From: Tubulanus polymorphus
Lineage: Eukaryota; Animalia; Nemertea
Direction: 5' to 3'
Assembly (NCBI RefSeq): GCF_964204645.1
Contig: NC_134026.1
Span: 11,555,950-11,619,949, forward strand
DNA length: 64,000 nucleotides
In this document: in pieces, positions 12,441 through 24,882 of the stretch
Layout: each line of letters starts with the position of its first letter
Numbering within the stretch: the stretch's first letter is position 1
The notes under the pieces: model-generated
What the model was told of the DNA's origin: nothing
Database searches by the model: none
Seen by the model: the letters and a program-made list of their open reading frames with translations, nothing else
Program-made: the position numbers and the translations under genes

Positions 12441-14131
12441 GTCTTAGCAACCAACTTGAAAAATTAGCATCTGATAAATCAATTAACCATCTGATATGCC
12501 ATAAATCCATTTACTGACAGGATCCTTTAAACATTTTGTAAAAATATCTTTGGTCATGGACATCCAGCAATAAAATATGATAACTGTTTGTAAACTTCAG
12601 GTTAAATAGGCCTAGTTGATTCATTGCAATTAATTTGAATCAGCCTTCAAAAAGTTAGTCTGTACATTTAGGGATGATAACAAGGCCTAGCCCAATTATG
12701 ACCAATGTTAAAATTAATTCATTCAAACAGGCTGCCTTGGCAAATGTGGTAGGTCAACAAAAAGAGCGTGGAAGAGGATTGACGACCAACAATTGTACTG
12801 GGTGTTGTTTGGTGGACACCAGTGTCATTTAGACCAGGACATGGTACTCGAGGAGTAAACGGTAAGTAACAGCCTCTAATACCGAATTCATTTGAATTGA
12901 ATGATGCATCGTGTTTGAATCCTGGTGAGGTACGTTACATTATCAGCGGTAGTGAAGAGGTTAAGCGGTTTTTGTAGGTGCTAGTTCCAAGTTGAAAACT
13001 TGAAAAATTTTGTTAATTTGAATTGGGTTGACATAGTTGATTGAGGTGGTGCAAACCAATTACCATCCTGTTGGAAACAATCACATTAATGCTGATATTA
13101 CTGATTTGAAAACAAGTAATTACCATTCAACTTTTGGGTAACTGCAACAAAGGTGTTGGAATGTAGAGCAGTCGGTGAGTAGTATTTGTATTACAGATGA
13201 TAGATTAGCACTATCCCAAGTGGTATATTTAATATTCATTTGTTTGCAAGTGATTGTACGTATTGGGTGAAAGTGATTCACCGTCATGTTGTTGCTCGAT
13301 CGCATAGTATTTCTAGAATTGAAACCATCTCTGATTAGTGAGACAGAGATATGTTCAGTGCTTATGACACAAGGGGTGTTTGAGTTAGTTCTCAAGGATC
13401 CCGGAAGCCGGAAGCACGCACGTTTCAGATAAATGGCTTTTCAATCAAGGTGGCATCTGTTGGCTTTTCTGGTAGAGAAAGCGTTGCAGAGTTGTTGGCA
13501 GAGGCTGTAGAAAGGAAAGCGATTTCCGAGGCTCAGCGCCATTTGAATTCTATCAAGAAGGATTACACGCAGCGTAGTTTTTTGCAATCAAGGCTAGACT
13601 CTTGTCTAGATTGGCTGCAAAAAACTACACTGCGTGTACTGTTGATTATGAGCAATCAAGCTATGTGATGAGCGTTGACACTGGGAATTTTTGGGTTTTA
13701 CTACAGATGTTTATTCAGCTTAAATACAAACATGGGTTCCCGCAGTTTTTGGCAAGAGTCACCACTTGAGGTCAGTGACCTATGATTTGTAGGTTGTCAT
13801 GTGTCTAAGTGTTATATAATTCATGCCATCTGTTAATGTGTAGCTATGTTCATTCCCCTTTTGGGTTGAATGGAGTAGCATTTAGTATAAATATATACTG
13901 CATATTTGTCGAATTTATGCGTTCGTTTTGGTATTACTACAGGTTGATTAATCTGACCCTTGAGCCGGCCTTCAGACCGGTTAGTCATCGCAGGTTGAAA
14001 GGCGGAGTCGGTTTTGCCAGATCAAAGTGCGGCTTCTTAAAAAAAAAAAAGCAAATTCACCCCCTTACTTCCCTGTTTTCCTACAACTTTGCAATTGATT
14101 GTGGGAACAAAATATGCATAGGTATAAATAT

Positions 14132-15845
14132 AAATTACAATTTTTGGAACTAAAATTTGTATTTCCGAGTAGTACTTACCCTCTCCTATGGTTTTTGCCA
14201 ATATTTTCTAAATTTGGATTGATCGCCAATGGTTTTTCTATACGACCCGGCCCTGCGGTATTGCATTTAGCCACTGGCGATATCATCTTTTTACGTCATA
14301 GCAGACACAAAAATGCAGCTATGCGGGACAGGTGGGCGGGATTCCCACCATAGGAAAGGGTAATTACTACTCGGAAATACAAATTTTAGTTCCAAAAATT
14401 GTAATATTTCCGTCGAGTACTGTACCCTTTCCTATGGTTTTTGCTAGACTAGCCTAGCACAAGGATGGTGGGAAAGGGAGATAGAAAAAACACCACTCAA
14501 ATGCAAGGTAAGAGGGAAAAAAGAGAGCACTTACCCAAGCACGGAATGGAGCCCTGTAGCACAGGGAAGACCGGTTGGCCACAGTGGTTCCACTCGATGT
14601 TTTAGGGCTTCAATTCGCCATTGACGACCAACCGAGCCTGGTCGTTGGTTCTTTGCCAAAAACTCCAAAGCAGGCCGCAGCAAAACAAATTCCTTCGCTG
14701 GCTGAAGACAATATGACCTTATCGCACTGAAAGTGCATGAATCTCAGAGCGACGGGCCGAGCAAGCCAAGAACAGCAAGAATACAGTCTTTTTTGACAAA
14801 TTCGCAAATGACGCTGCCGAAAGAGGTTCAAATGGAGCCCCCGTTAACTTCTTCAAAATTACAGACAGATCCCATGGTCAGACTATCCTCGGTACCCGAG
14901 GCTGGGAAATAGAAAACCCTGCAACAAGCTGGGATATCCAATGATCCCCTGTTACATTTGGCCGTCAAGAAGAACGCAATGTATGAGAAATCGCGGAGCG
15001 GTAACCTTTAATAGTTATAACCTGCATACCTTTTACCACAAATAGGTGCAGTAAAAAATCTGCCAATTGAGCTACAGAGGGTGAGCATGGATCAATTTCC
15101 CCTGCAGCACACCAATCTGCAAAATGGCATCGTAAATGGTCCTTGTTGATGGCCGCTTAGATCCTGTGATAAAGGAGGCAGCCTGTTCCCAAAAGCCTGA
15201 AGCTGACAAGGATCGCTGGACAATGGCCAGGCGAGCAGATTTAACCACTGGCTGTTTGGATGATGCCGAAAGTTCCCCTGAGACAGAGGCGATGGGAAAT
15301 TGGGAAGAATCCTCGTCGCACAGTAGGTTGAGAAGTGGTAGGAACCATTTCTGAGCCGGCCAACATGGTGCTACCAGAACTATGTTGCAATTGACTGATC
15401 TCTCTCTTTGATCCAGCAAGCGTGGGGGGACTGGTGTGGGCGGGAACGCACACGCATGCATCCCCGACCAGTCCAGAGAGAAGACATCGACCCCCACGCT
15501 TCTGCATCTGGAAACAAATAGAGGACACCTCCGATTGAACCAGGTGGCAAACAGATCCAGTAGCGGATTGCCAAACATGTCTCGAACCCAATCGGCTACT
15601 TCTTGGTGGAGAACCCATTCTGTCGCAATAGCCTGACCACGACAAGAGCATCGGTCATCACGTTCCTTTTCCCTGCTAAATGTGCCACAGTCAGGGAAAC
15701 GCCCTTTGTCAGGCACCAAAGAAGAATTTTGGCTGACACATCCGTGAGGATTTCTGAGTGAGTGCACCCTTGATTCTGAAGGTAAGCCCTCACTGTTGAA
15801 TTGTCTGTGGCTAACCAAACGTGGTGGCCCTCCACTCTCCTGTGA
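14132..15845 (-). mobile_element. DIRS1-type tyrosine-recombinase retrotransposon, 3' remnant
   Basis: RNase H (ATDNSTVRAYLQNQG), MT-like domain (LDLFAT, AFPP, LVAPCWPAQKWF) and YR N-terminus (SKRPSTRTIY). Terminal inverted arms at 14133-14192 and 14348-14406 plus a third partial copy at 14407-14445 (ITR/ICR arrangement). Confidence 0.85.
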
Positions 15846-15850
15846 AATAT

Positions 15851-16105
15851 TATCATAAAACACGTTTTCAAAGTCAACGAGGTAACTAATTAATTCATTT
15901 GAGTACAAAGGTTTGATTTGACACTTAAATCAGTTGTTGCATTGCAATTAACAGGAGTTAACCTCTATATGATACTTTTGCGTTGGACGTTGTAGGGAAC
16001 CGCTAACAACGACTGGTTTTCAGACTAGGCAGGAGTTAACCTCTATATGATACTTTAGCGTCAGACATTGTAGGGAACTGGTAACAACGACTGGTATTCG
16101 GACTA
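15851..16105 (-). repeat. Terminal fragment of a MITE-like interspersed repeat, with an internal ~78-bp duplication
   Basis: Reverse complement of 21978-22153. Ends GACTGGTATTCGGACTA. Confidence 0.6.
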
Positions 16106-17664
16106 CTGTGCATCTACAGTACACTGCTCGGTCATCCTTATTACCGAGATGAGGCAATTTACCGAGATCAACCGAGATGACATAAATTATAACATATTCA
16201 TTTATTCCTTATCGATTTTAACACTTGAAATCATATTATATCAGCAATAACTACCTGCTGGAGTCAGATAATTTTGTAGGAAAATAACTTTTAACTTTAC
16301 CGAGAAGATATCGTCGACTTATCTAATTCAATGAAATTTATCGTGTACCGAGATGACGTATTTGATGTCAATATGTTGCTTTTATTATATTATTATTATT
16401 AATTTATATTGAAATGCATTTTGTGCATTATTAGGCCTATGCATACGAAATTAGTTTTGGGGTGAAATAATTTCGTTTTCTTGAGTATTTGTGACATTAA
16501 GTTACTGAGATCACATTGCGATCAATTCAATATATACTATCGATTTCACCGAGATTAAACCAAAAGTTAATTTCACTTCAGATTTTGGTTGAAAAATAAA
16601 ATGTTTTTCATTTTTAATGATATTCGGTACATTACATTACTTTAAAGATTGCATTAACATTGTATTTTTCTCAATAAATTTCTTTTTTCTCACTTAATTA
16701 ATTTTTTTCAATAAATTTCTTTGAATTCCGATCTCAGTTTTAAGTTATTTTTCTACAAAATATCTTGCAATATTCTAGAAGGTATTTATTACTGATAGGC
16801 ACTTCAACATTTTTGTAAAGTTATTCTAATGACCTCATAATTTGAATATCTGGTTAGAGCTTTTAAAATACTAACTTATGGTGGTTCATTTTTTATCCTA
16901 CCTCAACTAGAAGCAAAGTTATGGCAATTTTAAGATCGGGAAATTAGGGATAAGTTCGCAAGGGAAATGAATAGGACAATACGGATAATACTTTGATATT
17001 GATTCGACATTGTTTTAACTTAAAATGCTATAACTCCTTTATTATGACTCCAAATCACACCAAATTTGGACAGGGTGTAACTTACAACATGTGACATGCA
17101 TTCATCAACCATTAAGATATATGTATGGTACATAAAACCCCTAAATGTTGACCTATTGAAAGGTCAAAGGTCATACGAAATAATTGATGCTCCCTATTGT
17201 TCTACGCTATAAATGCGGTTCCTCCTCTAATATTCGTCCAAATCAAACCAAATATGAACAGGATGTACCCAAGACCATTCCTAATCTATTCCCATAGTCA
17301 GATTGGATATAGACCATGCAAGTTCTAAAACCTGACCTTGAATGTCCACAAGGTCACAATCTCTCGGATTCTCCAAGGAATTTTTCAACAAAAATAGAAA
17401 TATCATCTTCTGAATCAAACAAGTAACACCATATACTCTTAAAAACGTCTGAAAGACATGATGTTACTTGTTTCTAGAGTATATGGTGATATATGTTTGA
17501 TTCAGAAGATGATATTTCATCAGAAAACTAGAAAAAAGAACGACAGCCAAAGAACGACATATTCACTATATAGCTCAGTAATTATAAATGCCGTTGAAAT
17601 GGCAATCGACTACGATCAATTCACCTTTTCATACTCGAGACTTTCATACTCCAATTCATGAAAG

Positions 17665-20600
17665 TTAAATCAAAAGCAGGGTGCCAAAATAAAAATCACT
17701 AAGCAATTGGGACACATCAAGGTCCACGCTGTCATCTTCACATTCAGTATCAGGGTCCCAATAAGAAATCTCAAAGACAGGGACTGAGATTTTGAACTTC
17801 ACTTTGTCCTTCTGTTTTGTTTTACTGATGTTTTTTAATTCTACAACTTTTCCTGTGTATAATTTGTCTTCGGTTGTGTGGTCATCACTCCAAGTGTGCT
17901 GCAGATACCGGTGCATGATAACAGAGGGGTCATTCACTATCTGATTCATTAACTGAAGTGTTTCTGTTGAAGTAGCACTACTAACATCGCAAAACTCATC
18001 TAAATTCTTATCAACAAATGCCAATTCAAATTTCTGTTGCATAGAGTTCAATTTTGATTTATCTGACTTCAGTTTCTTCAGTTGCAGCCTAGCATTTTTA
18101 ATTTCAAAGTTGACCTTTTCTCGCTGTGCACTTTTTTGCTCGTTTAATTGCATATTCGATGAGAACACATCGTGCAGATTCTTCTTTCGAATTCAACCAG
18201 GCCAACGTCAGTTCTGGGAAGCTTTGATTCTGCCGCCGAGAAAGCCACTTGTGGCATTTGGGGCATGCCTAAAGTGGAAGTCTGTAACAGCCATGACACG
18301 TTCCGCTACCACATTATGGACTGGTGCTGATCTTGTTTGAAGGAGTAGTTCTTGAGACGGATTTGATAAATGCCCTCTTAAATAGTTTTCTAACTGTCTG
18401 TTGAGATCTACCAATGATCCACTGAGAACAGTTCTAACAATATCAAGAAATAGACTATCAGCATCACAATCAGTAAGTAAACAGTTCAAGACTTCATCAG
18501 CTGTGCGATCAAGCTTTGTCCCAAAACAATCACTAGTAACAGCAGCCAATGATTTTGGTTCATTGCATAGTAATTGAATATTCTCCAGACATGTTTTGAT
18601 CTTTGGTACAACATCCAGATGGCTACTATCATTGTAAACTTCGCGCATCCAAGGACCAGAAATTACCTTCCCAATTAAACCAAAGACTCCTAAAAACACT
18701 ATAATCCGAGGATTTCTCAAGTCTTTAATTATGGATGTCCTCAATGTGGTTGTCTTATTGCATTCATCTTCTAGGTATTTAAGCACCTTTTCCCACAACA
18801 TATAATAAACACAACACAAATGAAATATCACGTGCCACCTATTACCTACATAACGTACAATCAAACTACTTTTAATAGAGTTGTTTTTCATGAAGAGCTT
18901 GAACCCAGGTGGATCTCCTTTTCCGTTTGAAGCGCATTTTGTTGAGGGCCAGTAGACAGTTGACAACACGGTAACTATTACCAAATGTGTCACTGGTAAT
19001 ATTGTGGTTTTTGTCCAATTCCTTAGCTGACCTAACAGCACTCTGAGATAACCCCTCTAGTGGGTGGATGTTGCAGTTTAGTTCGAGCAATTCTAAATCC
19101 AGTGTTGACTGAAGAGCTTGAACTACTGTTTTATTAACATTCACACGATCACTGATTGTATAATCAATGAAACTTTAACTACTGAACACATCAAGGAAGT
19201 CTTTCTGAAAACATTCCGAATACGAGTGAGTAACATCTTTCAATGAATTAGTTACGTGTAAGGCATAATCCTCCATTTTTCCACCTGGCAAATTATCAAT
19301 TTGTAAGATGAAACTTTCAATTTTGTCACCAGAAGAAACATTGAAGTGAACTTCAATCACATGACCTCCATCAGGTGATGTTGCGTCCCAGGCAAGAGTA
19401 ATGTTTTCATTTGAAATAAGTTTTTCCACACTGAATATCTGAAATCACACCTAATTCATAGGCAAAACCGCTGATCGTGCTAGCTTGTACACCACATCTA
19501 TCATCAATATTACATAGTTCTCCAAGTACGCACAAAATAACATTTCCTGTAGCAGCTACCGGTACTTGGTTAATAAGACAGCTTTTCGGAACTGGTAACT
19601 GTATGTTTTCTTGTCTACTTTCAGACTGATTTTTTGAGGGAGTGAATTTGAAACCTCAGTATGTAGCTCGTCAAGTTCGGTCTTAAGAAGCTCCAACAGA
19701 CTGGACTGTTCGTTCAGCTGTTTTATTTGATCTTTTATTTTCGATTTCAGTCCAATGATTTCTTTTTCCTTCATTTCCTTGTGCAAATTATGTTTATATC
19801 TAATACTTGAATTAGAGATTTTCAAATTTTTTTCAATTTTACTACGATTATGAAATTCCGATAATTTTTTTCAAGACTTTCAAGTTGTATTTCTTGCCGA
19901 GTTAGTTGTATTTCGTGATCACGACGCTCATCGCGTAATTTTTTTTTCAATCATCTGTTTGCCATCTATTGCTTGTTTCAACCTACGATTTTGATAAGAT
20001 ACATCTCTTCGATCTCACAATTGTTTCCTTAGGTTAAGAATCTTCTTTTTTAGAAGTTCTATGGTGCTGTGCTTCACTTAAGAGATCATTCATTTAGTAC
20101 GTACGCATAAAATTTGAATTTTTCAACCCCCCTCTCCCTCTGTACGCAAAATCGGCCATTTTTTCATATACATTAAGCACTACAGCATGCAATTGCACTA
20201 ACCTCTCCCCCTCCCCTAATGCGTACGTAATAAATGAATGACCCCTAACATCTTTCAAATTTCCTTCTCGAAATCGGTTCTTTCGTACTAGGTGTAAGTG
20301 TACTGTCAATTAGGCCTACTGGGGATGATCTAGCAGGGGGTTCAATCGATGCTAAAATTGCACGGGGCCGCGAAATAGCCATCGGCAACTTAAAAATACT
20401 GTCAATGAACACCACAATATTTGCCCATTCTTTGTCAATGTTTTTGTATTTCTTAAATTTAATCCAAACATGATAAACCAACTTAGAGATGGTGACAGTG
20501 TCATTAACAGGTGTGGACTGTTGTTGCTGAATAATGTCTCTGGCCACTGCTAAGTCCACTGCATTGTCCAATTTGAATAACTTACTATCTGAATGTTTTT

Positions 20601-20703
20601 TACGAAGTTTGAGAACATAACCGTTTGAAATATCTCCTCCATCAAGAAGCCTGTATGTGGATATGAGATCATAAGCGCATGACTTAGTTTTTCTATTGGC
20701 CAT
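17665..20703 (-). pseudogene. Fragmented DDE transposase of hAT-like type
   Basis: Consecutive ORF pieces: LAWDATS (D1), ISDR.NVN (D2), CNIH (CxxH), GNRW and HNVVAERV (E). Broken by frameshifts and a MITE. Confidence 0.7.
20082..20245. mobile_element. PIF/Harbinger-type MITE
   Basis: TIRs GAGATCATTCATTTAGTACGTACGCA and TGCGTACGTAATAAATGAATGACCCC, with TAA on both sides. Confidence 0.85.
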
Positions 20704-21977
20704 TGCTGTGAAAATGGGAGAAAATCTGTGTAAACATTAAGAATAATATCACCATGTGCTTTTTGTTATTGTTTTTTATCACCACAGCCAATCATTGGGC
20801 GCCATCTTGGTCACATGACCAAACTTACTGATTCTAAACACACTGAAATCAGCTGCAAAAACTCCCTAAACCAACCCAAATTCGTCAAAAACAACTGTAA
20901 CCCCAAGATGATATTTTTTGTTATTGAATTTAAAACAATATTTTGAATGGTTATGGAGCTGATTGTTTTTTTTTTAATCTGGGAATGTAGGCATTGCACC
21001 GCAACTTGAAGCGTTGGACCCGTGCAAACCTCAACTTCCCTACTTGAATTCACCCTGATCGTCTGCTCACACCTCAACAAAATGAGTATATTTCAAAAGT
21101 TAACATCATTCAAAAACATGGAATTGTATTTTTGTACAGTCTTGAAAAGTATTGGAAATCGACATAATAGTACTTAAACCTTACCTTCTTTTTCGAACGA
21201 CTGGTAAAATAGGAAAATATGGACCGATTGTGAAAATTCAAAAACGAAACTTGCCGCCATTTTGAAAGCTACCTCAATACGATGACGTCATTACGGAGTG
21301 ATTACGCGAGATGTGAAAAGGCCGGAATTCCCTTAGGGGGGTTTTCCAGACACCAGAAAATACCACACAATTTTCAATTGTTGCGCAATCGCTGCACAGC
21401 AGTATCGATTACGCGAATTGTTGAAGTGCCTATTACTGATTAGTCAGTAACCTGTCTGTGGTTTAGTTTCACGATCGAATATTTTCACAAACCACAGTCA
21501 GGAATGGGAAGGTCATTTTTCAATGAAATCTTCGTCAGCCAATTTGACTGACGAGTAATTTGCTTGGCATTTCATTGTATCTTAAGATATCCGTCTAATT
21601 TTTGTTGTAATTGACGCACAACAGATTTGTAGTTTGTGTGATACCTATAACACCTCACCTGACGATATTAATCCATATGCAAATCGGCCGTAAAGTGAGA
21701 GTAAATTTCCGTCGAGTCAACAGCTGCCATTTTGAAAATTACTGGAGGGTGCTGGCACCTGTGGACTGAGGCCAGGACAACAGCACAAACCAACGAAGCG
21801 AAACGACGAAATTGAAAAAATTAAGAAATCAACACTAATTCACATTTTTCTTCATCCAGAATTTATTCTTTCATTATTTATCATGGAAAGCACGAAGATT
21901 TGAAATAGATGTTGGAAAACCATCAAAAATAAAAATTGTCGTTTCGGCTTGGAAGTTTTATACAAATCCTTGTAGGT

Positions 21978-22153
21978 TAGTCTGAATACCAGTCGTTGTT
22001 ACGGTTCCGTACAACGTCTGACGCTAAAGTATCATATAGAGGTTAACTCCTGTTAATTGCAATGCATCAACTGATTTTAGTGTCAAATCAAACCTTTGTA
22101 CTAAAATAAATAAATTAGTTACCTTGTTGACTTTGAAAACGTGTTTTATGATA
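21978..22153 (+). repeat. Second copy of the MITE-like terminal fragment
   Basis: Starts TAGTCTGAATACCAGTC. Reverse complement of 15851-16105. Confidence 0.6.
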
Positions 22154-23036
22154 TATTTTTTGATGATTTAAATCGCGAACCAGAGAATTTATTTATTTGA
22201 TTTAATTGAATTGATTGCCACTATCGGGATTTCCAATACGGACTAAATTAATAAAATGTGAAAATTCAATGTGTCTCTCTAAAATTACTCTAAATGTAAT
22301 TTTTTGTTGATAAAACGCATAAATTTTGGTCAGTTTTAACCTTAATAATTTGAAACAAGAATAATATCTGCATTGGCACCAAGTTTAAGTTCGAATCCGT
22401 AATTTACACTCCCATCATGCACCACGAAAAGCCGCCATATTTGTTATGTTGCTTCACTTCAACTGTTTTTTGAGGCGACTAGTCAAAAGTTTTGAGCTAC
22501 TACGATCGTCAAAAGCTACTTAGGATTACAAATTTATGCACAAACAATAGTTAACTTCCATCTGATTACAGAACAGTCAGTTTGAGGTAAGTTGATGGTG
22601 TTTTAAGGGGTGAAATAGACGCTCAAAGCCTCGTCCCTCAAAATGAGGGACGAAAATTAACCTTATATGAGCACTTTCGCCCTAGACGTTGTTTCAGGAC
22701 CAACGGCTAGGTACTAGACTACTTGTAGGTCACCTTGTCTATCATGCCACATGTAGGCCTATGCAATACACAGAAATGGCGGCCAATGGCGAAATTTGTG
22801 GAGAAATTAATTAATTTCTCAAAATAATGTTGATTAATCACTCGAAACAGACATAAAATTGGATTATTTCGAAAGGTACCTGTGTTAGTTTGTGAATTAA
22901 GCCATTAGGCCTAATTGTGGACTGAAGTGAATAGAAAGTATATTTTTGAAGAGTTACTTTGTTCAACCGTGTTTTGGCCCTTGTCATCCCTAACGTTGGT
23001 ATAAGCCCATCCGATTATAAAAAGCTAACCACCAAC

Positions 23037-23193
23037 CACAGGGGCTCGTATCAAAAGTTTGGGGGTGAACTGTAGCTTAGATCATCCAGTATTCCTGGTA
23101 CTATATAGGCCTATATAAAAATGTCTTTTGATATATATATACCAGGGATACTGGATGATCTAAGCTACAGTTCACCCCCAAAGAGCCCCTGTG
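23037..23193. mobile_element. P-superfamily-like MITE (hairpin)
   Basis: CACAGGGGCTC...GAGCCCCTGTG termini, almost fully palindromic. Perfect 8-bp TSD CCACCAAC (23029-23036 and 23194-23201). Confidence 0.85.
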
Positions 23194-23437
23194 CCACCAA
23201 CGATTAGGTAACTAACTAATTACTGATATAACATGATTTCAAGTGTTAAAACGGTTAAGGTTAAGAAATTGTTGACAAAAATACTATATTTCATGTCACC
23301 TCCGTTCATCTTGGTTCATCTCGGTAAATTGTGTGATCTCGGTAATTAGGAGGACCCACATGCTGCATTATGGCAAAAAAATATCCACTCAACTTTTTCA
23401 ATGTAGGCCCACTTTCTCTCTTCGTTCTTGTTTTGAC

Positions 23438-24731
23438 CACAGGGACTTGTCACAATTGATAGTGAATGAATAAAACCAATATCAATGACCAGGTCCACTA
23501 TCCCTGTATAATATAAAAAACAAGGGTGGCAACAAATTTTCAATCTGACAATGACTTCTCCACTTCAATCGACTGTAATTCCAAAAATTCTCAACCGATT
23601 CACATGAAATAAGCTTTAATACAACCTAGAAGACTTTCTGCTTCCAACGAGCCTTTAACCACCACTCTAGGACAATTATCTCACAACGAAATCACCGTTT
23701 TTTGACGAGAGATAGCTCAAATTGGAGGTGTACCGATTCTATGGTGGACAGCAAAATGGTCGTATTTTTCACTTCAAACGATGATTTCTATGTGAAATCT
23801 TAGAGATAACCCCAACAAACCATACATTTTTTAAAACTACGCGGTCATACCTGTACGCTTATCTCATTTATTTGTATAATCCACGCGATGGGTGAGCTCG
23901 CAAGCTCAAAATCGAACAAATATACGAAAAAGTCACCTCGCACTATCGCGCTGGCGGCCATTAATCACGTGACGTGCAGGTTCGGGCTATGTTAATAGAA
24001 CCGCGACAAGTCTACGTCTGTAGACTTGAAAAAAGGAAATATTTGCTAATAATACCACCCCTCAGACGAATGTTGCACTATATTTTCATAATACGGATAT
24101 TTTATTAATTAACAGAATTTTTAATAAATTTTGTAATGTTTTTCGAAATCTCTAAGCCAATCAATGCGCGTGAAATATTTAGCCCGTTACTACGATATCA
24201 CGTGATTAATGGCCGCCCAGTTGATGACAAGTTGAACGCCGTGTTCGTCCTCATTTTCGATTTTGAGCTTGTGAGCTCACCCATCGCGTGGATTATACAA
24301 ATAAATGAGATAAGCGTACAGGTATGACCGCGTAGTTTTTAAAAATGTATGGTTTGTTGGGGTTTTCTCTAAGATCTCACATAGAAATCATCGTTTGAAT
24401 TGAAAAAAACGACCATTTTGCTGTCCACCATAGAATCGGTACACCTCCATTTTGAGCTATCTCTCGTCAAAAAAAGGTGATTTCGTTGTGAGATAATTGT
24501 CGGAGAGTAGTGGTTGTAGGCTCGTTCGAAGCAGAAAGTCTTCTAGGTTGTATTAAAGCTTATTTCATGTGAATCGGTTGAGAATTTTTGGAATTACAGT
24601 CGATTGAAGTGGAGAAGTCATTGTCAGATTGAAAATTTGTTGCCACCCTTGTTATTTTATTATACAGTTGCAGGGATACTGGTACCCCCATCATTGGTCT
24701 CATCCATTATCAGTCGTGACAAGTCCCTGTG
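23438..24731. mobile_element. P-superfamily-like foldback element
   Basis: TIR CACAGGGACTTGTCAC and GTGACAAGTCCCTGTG. 8-bp TSD GTTTTGAC (23430-23437 and 24732-24739). Internal ~470-bp inverted arms at ~23504-23975 and 24197-24667. Confidence 0.85.
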
Positions 24732-24803
24732 GTTTTGACAAGAAAATGTCAAAAAAGGTCAGATTTTGATGAAAGTTCCAAAATACACACTAATAATACA
24801 AAC

Positions 24804-24882
24804 CTATGAAATCTGCAGCTTTGATAAGCTCCAACATTTTAGGTAAGAGTTCGTCGAAGTTTTTCCGAGTGATATCGCACAT
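24804..24882 (-). CDS. First coding exon of a PARN/PNLDC1-like CAF1-family (DEDD) deadenylase
   Basis: ATG at 24882 encodes MCDITRKNFDELLPKMLELIKAADFI, then a phase-1 GT donor (G|GTTTGT). Resembles the PARN/PNLDC1 N-terminus (M.I...NF...L......I..ADF). The next exon (D.EF.G) was not found by eye. Confidence 0.7.

Larger units (their letters stand above)
16130..23356 (-). mobile_element. Divergent hAT-like DNA transposon with ~55-bp imperfect TIRs
   Basis: GGTCATCCTTATTACCGAGAT...AATTTACCGAGAT at 16130 matches the reverse complement of 23290-23356. ACCGAGAT subterminal repeats. Encloses the transposase pseudogene. No clean TSD. Confidence 0.6.

Noticed and set aside
12940-12964. Second piggyBac end (GTGAAGAGG-TTAA)
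   Set aside because: No matching left end or transposase linked to it.
15851-22153. Inverted pair A as the TIRs of the transposase
   Set aside because: Its terminal motif faces inward, and the 16130/23356 pair fits better.
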